From an uncultured Armatimonadetes bacterium (lineage in GTDB: Bacteria > Armatimonadota > UBA5829 > DTJY01): a DNA stretch of 64,000 bases. The translations under genes were made by a program, and so were the position numbers. The stretch is from contig OY970325.1 in the NCBI GenBank assembly GCA_963717145.1, forward strand, positions 1,664,001 to 1,728,000, in the 5' to 3' direction. This document shows, piece after piece, positions 60,094 through 64,000 of this stretch (its first letter is position 1; every line of letters starts with the position of its first letter). The notes below the pieces were generated by a model. It was not told the DNA's origin. It searched no databases and saw nothing but the letters and a program-made list of their open reading frames with translations.

Positions 60094-61157
60094 AGGTAGT
60101 CCTCCATGTTCAGTTCCTTCAGCGAGTCCACAATCTTCTTCACGTCCTGCGCGCGGTCCCTGCGGGCGATCAGGAGCGCCCCCTCGGTGTCTACCACAAT
60201 GAGGTCCTCGATCCCGATGGTCGCGATGACCTTCCCTTCCTGGCCCATGATGAGCGAGTTCTTCGTGTCTATGCCGAGGTGCATACCTTTGACAGAATTG
60301 CCCGACTCGTCCGAGGCCGCCAGTTCGTGAACCGTCGTCCAGCTTCCGACGTCGTTCCAGCCGAAGTCTCCCGGGATAACGAGGATCTCGTCGAGCTTCT
60401 CCATGATGCCGTAATCAACCGAGATGCGCTGCATGGCCTCATACTCGCACAGGAGCACCTTGTGCTCGGATTCAGTGCCGATGGAGTCACGGATGCGAAG
60501 GAGGTGCTCATACACTTCCGGTAGGTGCTTCTCGAACAGGCTGAGGATCGTCGGAATGCTCCAGACGAACATCCCACTGTTCCAGAGATACTGCCCGCTC
60601 TCGACGTATTCCTTCGCTGTTTCGAGGTTCGGCTTCTCGGCGAACCTCTTGGCATAGTGGACTTCGAGACCATCCATCGTGCGGAACGATCTGTCGAGTT
60701 CGATATAGCCGTAGCCTGTCTCAGGGCCGGTAGGTTTGATGCCTATGGTGACGACATGACCTTCAGCGGCAAGCTGCTCTCCGACTTTCACGACTCGCCC
60801 GAAGTCATCGGGACAGCCAATGTAGTGGTCAGCCGCGAAGACACCCATCACTCCGTTCGGGTCGATCAGGCTGAGGTAGACAGCGGCCAGGCCGACACAC
60901 GGCGCCGTATCTCGCCGGTAAGGGTCGATCAGGACTCTATCGTGCAGTTCGGGGAGAAGGTCCTCGATGGGCTTGGCATGATGAGCATTCGTGATGACAT
61001 ATACGTTATCGACGCCGACTATGTGCGCCAGGCGGTCGACCGTCTCGTGGACCAGCGCTTTCTCGCCGGCAAGGGCGTGCATCTGCTTGGGATTGTTCTC
61101 TCGGGACTTAGGCCATAGCCTGGTGCCGCCGCCGCCGGCCATTATGACAGCAAACAT
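60090..61157 (-). CDS. manC: Mannose-1-phosphate guanylyltransferase
   Basis: IMAGGGGTRLWP, PKQ, EKP, WNSGMF, ISVDY, GWNDVGSW. Confidence 0.95.
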   Translation of the reverse strand: MFAVIMAGGGGTRLWPKSRENNPKQMHALAGEKALVHETVDRLAHIVGVDNVYVITNAHHAKPIEDLLPELHDRVLIDPYRRDTAPCVGLAAVYLSLIDPNGVMGVFAADHYIGCPDDFGRVVKVGEQLAAEGHVVTIGIKPTGPETGYGYIELDRSFRTMDGLEVHYAKRFAEKPNLETAKEYVESGQYLWNSGMFVWSIPTILSLFEKHLPEVYEHLLRIRDSIGTESEHKVLLCEYEAMQRISVDYGIMEKLDEILVIPGDFGWNDVGSWTTVHELAASDESGNSVKGMHLGIDTKNSLIMGQEGKVIATIGIEDLIVVDTEGALLIARRDRAQDVKKIVDSLKELNMEDYL

Positions 61158-61215
61158 CGTGTTTGGGTCTCCTTATGTGGAAGTGATCTTGGCTCGCGAA
61201 CGAGGATCGGCGAAT

Positions 61216-61244
61216 ATTATACCACGATGAGCGAGGCATGTCGC
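61216..61244 (-). promoter_or_regulatory. Extended -10 promoter for manC
   Basis: GCGACA-N17-TATAAT with TG extension. Confidence 0.6.
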
Positions 61245-61293
61245 ACAAACATAAGCGGGGCGCGGTAGTGCTCCGAGCTACCACGCCCCTGCG
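61244..61293 (-). terminator. Terminator-like hairpin
   Basis: Minus strand GGGGCGTGGTAG...CTACCGCGCCCC followed by GCTTATGTTTGT. Confidence 0.55.
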
Positions 61294-61415
61294 GTTGGGC
61301 AACCGATCAGTGTGCTCCCTTGCTCCGTCGTAAGATCGAAGTCAGAAGCTATGCGAAACGTACTAACACGTATTCTGTTCCCGTTCGCGGGATCTTTGAA
61401 ACCCGCTTGTACAAA

Positions 61416-61835
61416 TCAAAGCACACTTGCGCGCCGATTCTCGGTTGGGCCCGTGGTCCGAAGTGGGAGCGTATTCTTCACGCCGCCCGAGAGATCGCTC
61501 CTCGCAGGGCTGCCGTTCCTCGAAACGATGATGGTGAACAAGTTCATGAGCCCTGTGATCTCGAACACTCGGTATATCCGCTGACTCCTGCAGGAAATGA
61601 CCATCGACACTCCCTGTTCCTTGGCGTTCACCCACATCGCCACAAGAGCACTCAATCCGGTGCTGTCGATATACTCGAGATCATCCAGGTTCACGATCAG
61701 GTTCTTGGACTTCCTGAGCCATCCCTTGCCGTACTTAGACAGCCTGGGGCTGGTGAATGAGTCCAGATCACCCGAGAGCTTGAGCACCGTCGTCCCGGCG
61801 TTGTCCAGAACGCCGATTTTCAGCACATCATCCAT
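61416..61835 (-). CDS. Anti-sigma factor antagonist (STAS domain)
   Basis: LSGDLD, YIDSTGL, RVFEITGL. Confidence 0.92.
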   Translation of the reverse strand: MDDVLKIGVLDNAGTTVLKLSGDLDSFTSPRLSKYGKGWLRKSKNLIVNLDDLEYIDSTGLSALVAMWVNAKEQGVSMVISCRSQRIYRVFEITGLMNLFTIIVSRNGSPARSDLSGGVKNTLPLRTTGPTENRRASVL

Positions 61836-61889
61836 GATATGTGGCCTCCTTTTTTTTTCCGGAGCGCCGAACTGACGGGCGGGCCGCGT

Positions 61890-62651
61890 CTACTGGATGA
61901 GGTAGGTCAGCGTGATTGAAGCGCTCACGGTCACTTCACCCGGGAAGATCGGCGTAGGGGCGCCGGCATCGAGCGCCATCGACCGCACAGGATACGGCGG
62001 CGGCACTACTCCGACCCCGCCCTGCTGGACCTGATATACCTTCACCATTCTGACCTTCAGCGCTTCTGCCATCGTCTTCGCGTTAGCGGCGGCATCATCG
62101 ACCGCCTGCTTGAGTGCGTTCTGCCTGGCACTGCGATCATCCTTGAGCCGGAAGTCCACGCTCTCCACAGTGTTCGCTCCTGCGCCGACTGCGGTGTCGA
62201 TGATCCTCGGCACAAGGTTCAGGTCTTCAGTCCGGGTACTGATAATATTCACAACGCTGTAGCCTACGATCGGCGGCTCGCCCTGTGGCTTCTGGTCGTC
62301 CTCGAAGCGCCTGATCGGATAGATCTGGAAAGACGATGTCTCGATCTGGCGCTCCGGGATGCCGAGAGCCTTCAGCGCATTGATGACTTTGGTAACGATT
62401 GCAGCATTCTGCTCGCGGGCCTGACCGGCGGTCTTGGCCTCGGTCTGCATCCCCAGCCTGACCACGGCCAGATCGGGCCGAACTCGCACCTCGCCGTTAC
62501 CAACGGCGGTCAACGTGCTGGGTTGAGCGCTATTCTGAGCCTGAGCGAATCCGTAACTGGCGGCCAATAGAACAGCCGACACGACAAGCAACAAGGTGAT
62601 ACCACGCTGTAATGACAACTTATCGGTGTTCAGCATCATCGTATCTCTCAT
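61890..62651 (-). CDS. SIMPL/DUF541 domain secreted protein
   Basis: Signal peptide, G.GEVRVRPD.A, GAN, ALKQAVDDA, PIFPGE. Confidence 0.92.
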   Translation of the reverse strand: MRDTMMLNTDKLSLQRGITLLLVVSAVLLAASYGFAQAQNSAQPSTLTAVGNGEVRVRPDLAVVRLGMQTEAKTAGQAREQNAAIVTKVINALKALGIPERQIETSSFQIYPIRRFEDDQKPQGEPPIVGYSVVNIISTRTEDLNLVPRIIDTAVGAGANTVESVDFRLKDDRSARQNALKQAVDDAAANAKTMAEALKVRMVKVYQVQQGGVGVVPPPYPVRSMALDAGAPTPIFPGEVTVSASITLTYLIQ

Positions 62652-62972
62652 CCTTTGCGGGTACAGTTATTCCCAGACGTTCCATCGCCATCTCTGGAAT
62701 CGGTGGGCTTCAGTCAGTTGCATCGGATGAGTACCCAACACTTCGGGAGCGTCAAACTACCCTCGCGACACATTCACCCCCGGACTCTGCTAGCCTGGAA
62801 GGCCTTCAGGCATTCGCACACGCCGCGGGGCCCGACGAATTGGGGTTTACACAGGATGAATACTGGACATACCCATGATAGTGCCAGCCTACTGCTAGCA
62901 ATAACTCGCACAACGCTGGATCGTACGAGTAGATCCTGACTCGCGTTGCCAATCGCGGAGGTAAACAGCAGA

Positions 62973-63713
62973 ATGCCACATAGAGGGGCATTGATGTTCC
63001 TGTGGTTGGCTCTCACAATCGGCGGCTCCAGTCCCTGCCACGCGATTGGAGAGCCGGCGATCAGTGTCGACATGGATATCTCGCTGATGAGCAAGTATGT
63101 ATGGCGCGGCCTGGTCTACAATGAGGATGTGGTTGTCCAGCCATCCCTGACGATCAGCCAGTCGTCCGGATTCAGTTTCAACCTGTGGAGCAGGTTCGAC
63201 ACAACAGATTCCTGCGGGACCAGAGCCAGATGCAGCGAACTGGATTACACTCTCGGGTATGACTGGGAGTCCGGTGGGAGGGGTTATTCTCTTGCCTATG
63301 CAGTCTACACGTACCCGAACACTCCCTTCGCCGGTACCAGCGAAATAACCGCCGGCGTTGATCTTGGCGGTCCACTCGGCGCCAACGTATGGATATACTG
63401 GGATGTGGTGGAGGCCAGGTCGCTCTATATCAGCTTGGGATGGGCCAGGACCGTAAGTCTGAGTGGAGTATCGGTGGATCTCAGCGGTGAGTTCGGTCTG
63501 GCGGACAAGCGTCACTCGAACTACTACTATGGGGTGGCGAGCGCGGGGCTTACTGATGCATCGGCATGTCTGGAGATCCCGCTTGATCTCAGAGGCGGTT
63601 GGTCAGTCGTTGGATCGCTCACCTACACAAGCGTTCTGAAGGGATCACTGCGAGAATCGGTGGAGCACCCGGACAACTTTGTGTTCGGTGTCAGCGTCGC
63701 CAAGACACTATGA
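62973..63713 (+). CDS. Putative outer-membrane beta-barrel protein
   Basis: Signal peptide, SKYVWRG, VVQP, ELDYTLGY, alternating beta-strand pattern. Confidence 0.75.
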   Translation: MPHRGALMFLWLALTIGGSSPCHAIGEPAISVDMDISLMSKYVWRGLVYNEDVVVQPSLTISQSSGFSFNLWSRFDTTDSCGTRARCSELDYTLGYDWESGGRGYSLAYAVYTYPNTPFAGTSEITAGVDLGGPLGANVWIYWDVVEARSLYISLGWARTVSLSGVSVDLSGEFGLADKRHSNYYYGVASAGLTDASACLEIPLDLRGGWSVVGSLTYTSVLKGSLRESVEHPDNFVFGVSVAKTL

Positions 63714-63753
63714 ACCAGTGAGCCGAGACGCACATCACCAGGGAGCAAGAGCA

Positions 63754-64000
63754 TTGAACGTAACTAGAAGGCGTTTTGTGATCCTATTGGCTTCGATAAC
63801 AGCCATCTTCCTGCTGGCCATCATCATGTGGCACAAAGGGGAACAACGCCAAGCCGAGGCGCTGTACGCCACAGCCACGAAGGATGCTTCCGGAGTCGTA
63901 GACAAGATGCTGGAGTTGGAAGGGAATCGCCTGGCCATCTTCGCGTCTGACTACTCCTACTGGGACGAGATGGTCGCATTCGTCAAGACACTGGACCCCA
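63754..64000 (+). CDS. CHASE4-domain sensor protein, N-terminal part, truncated by window edge
   Basis: TTG start, TM FVILLASITAIFLLAIIMW, then DYSYWDEMVAFV motif; frame open to the end. Confidence 0.7.
   Translation, partial: MNVTRRRFVILLASITAIFLLAIIMWHKGEQRQAEALYATATKDASGVVDKMLELEGNRLAIFASDYSYWDEMVAFVKTLDP

Noticed and set aside
61850-61858. Nine-base T run next to the STAS gene RBS as a phase-variation tract
   Set aside because: Non-coding A-rich translation-initiation context; no evidence of length variation from one sequence.
62652-62972. Short ORFs and possible RNA in the divergent intergenic region
   Set aside because: No RBS-supported ORF or recognisable RNA motif; likely promoter DNA.

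Overview
GC-rich bacterial chromosome segment. An Armatimonadota-like origin is inferred from gene content (prepilin/H-X9-DG protein, fused secDF, TAT-exported sugar enzymes) and is not proven. Housekeeping blocks: relA(partial)-recJ-secDF-HD-tgt, ugd, plsC-cmk-tyrA-aroF-hisC, trxB, acpS-nnr, yggS-sepF-proC-yggT-DUF167, rhamnose/lyxose catabolism, cobO-manC. Two insertion sequences are present: an IS66 with an 8-bp target duplication, and an IS481 inserted inside a heptamer repeat. Intergenic spaces carry many REP-like palindromes and short inverted tandem repeats, several nested or overlapping stop codons. Most notable: (1) a csoR-led operon with its own promoter and operator that contains an unannotated 54-aa membrane ORF with an in-frame TGA at a Cys-equivalent position followed by a SECIS-like hairpin, plus a neighbouring FmdB zinc-ribbon gene whose TGA has the same 12-nt context and a hairpin, i.e. 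candidate selenoproteins; (2) a seven-gene phosphothreonine signalling locus (three FHA proteins, vWA, PP2C, TPR receptor kinase, plus a methyltransferase); (3) a thioredoxin reductase paralogue lacking the NADPH motifs, paired with a protein disulfide oxidoreductase. No rRNA, tRNA or CRISPR array was recognised.
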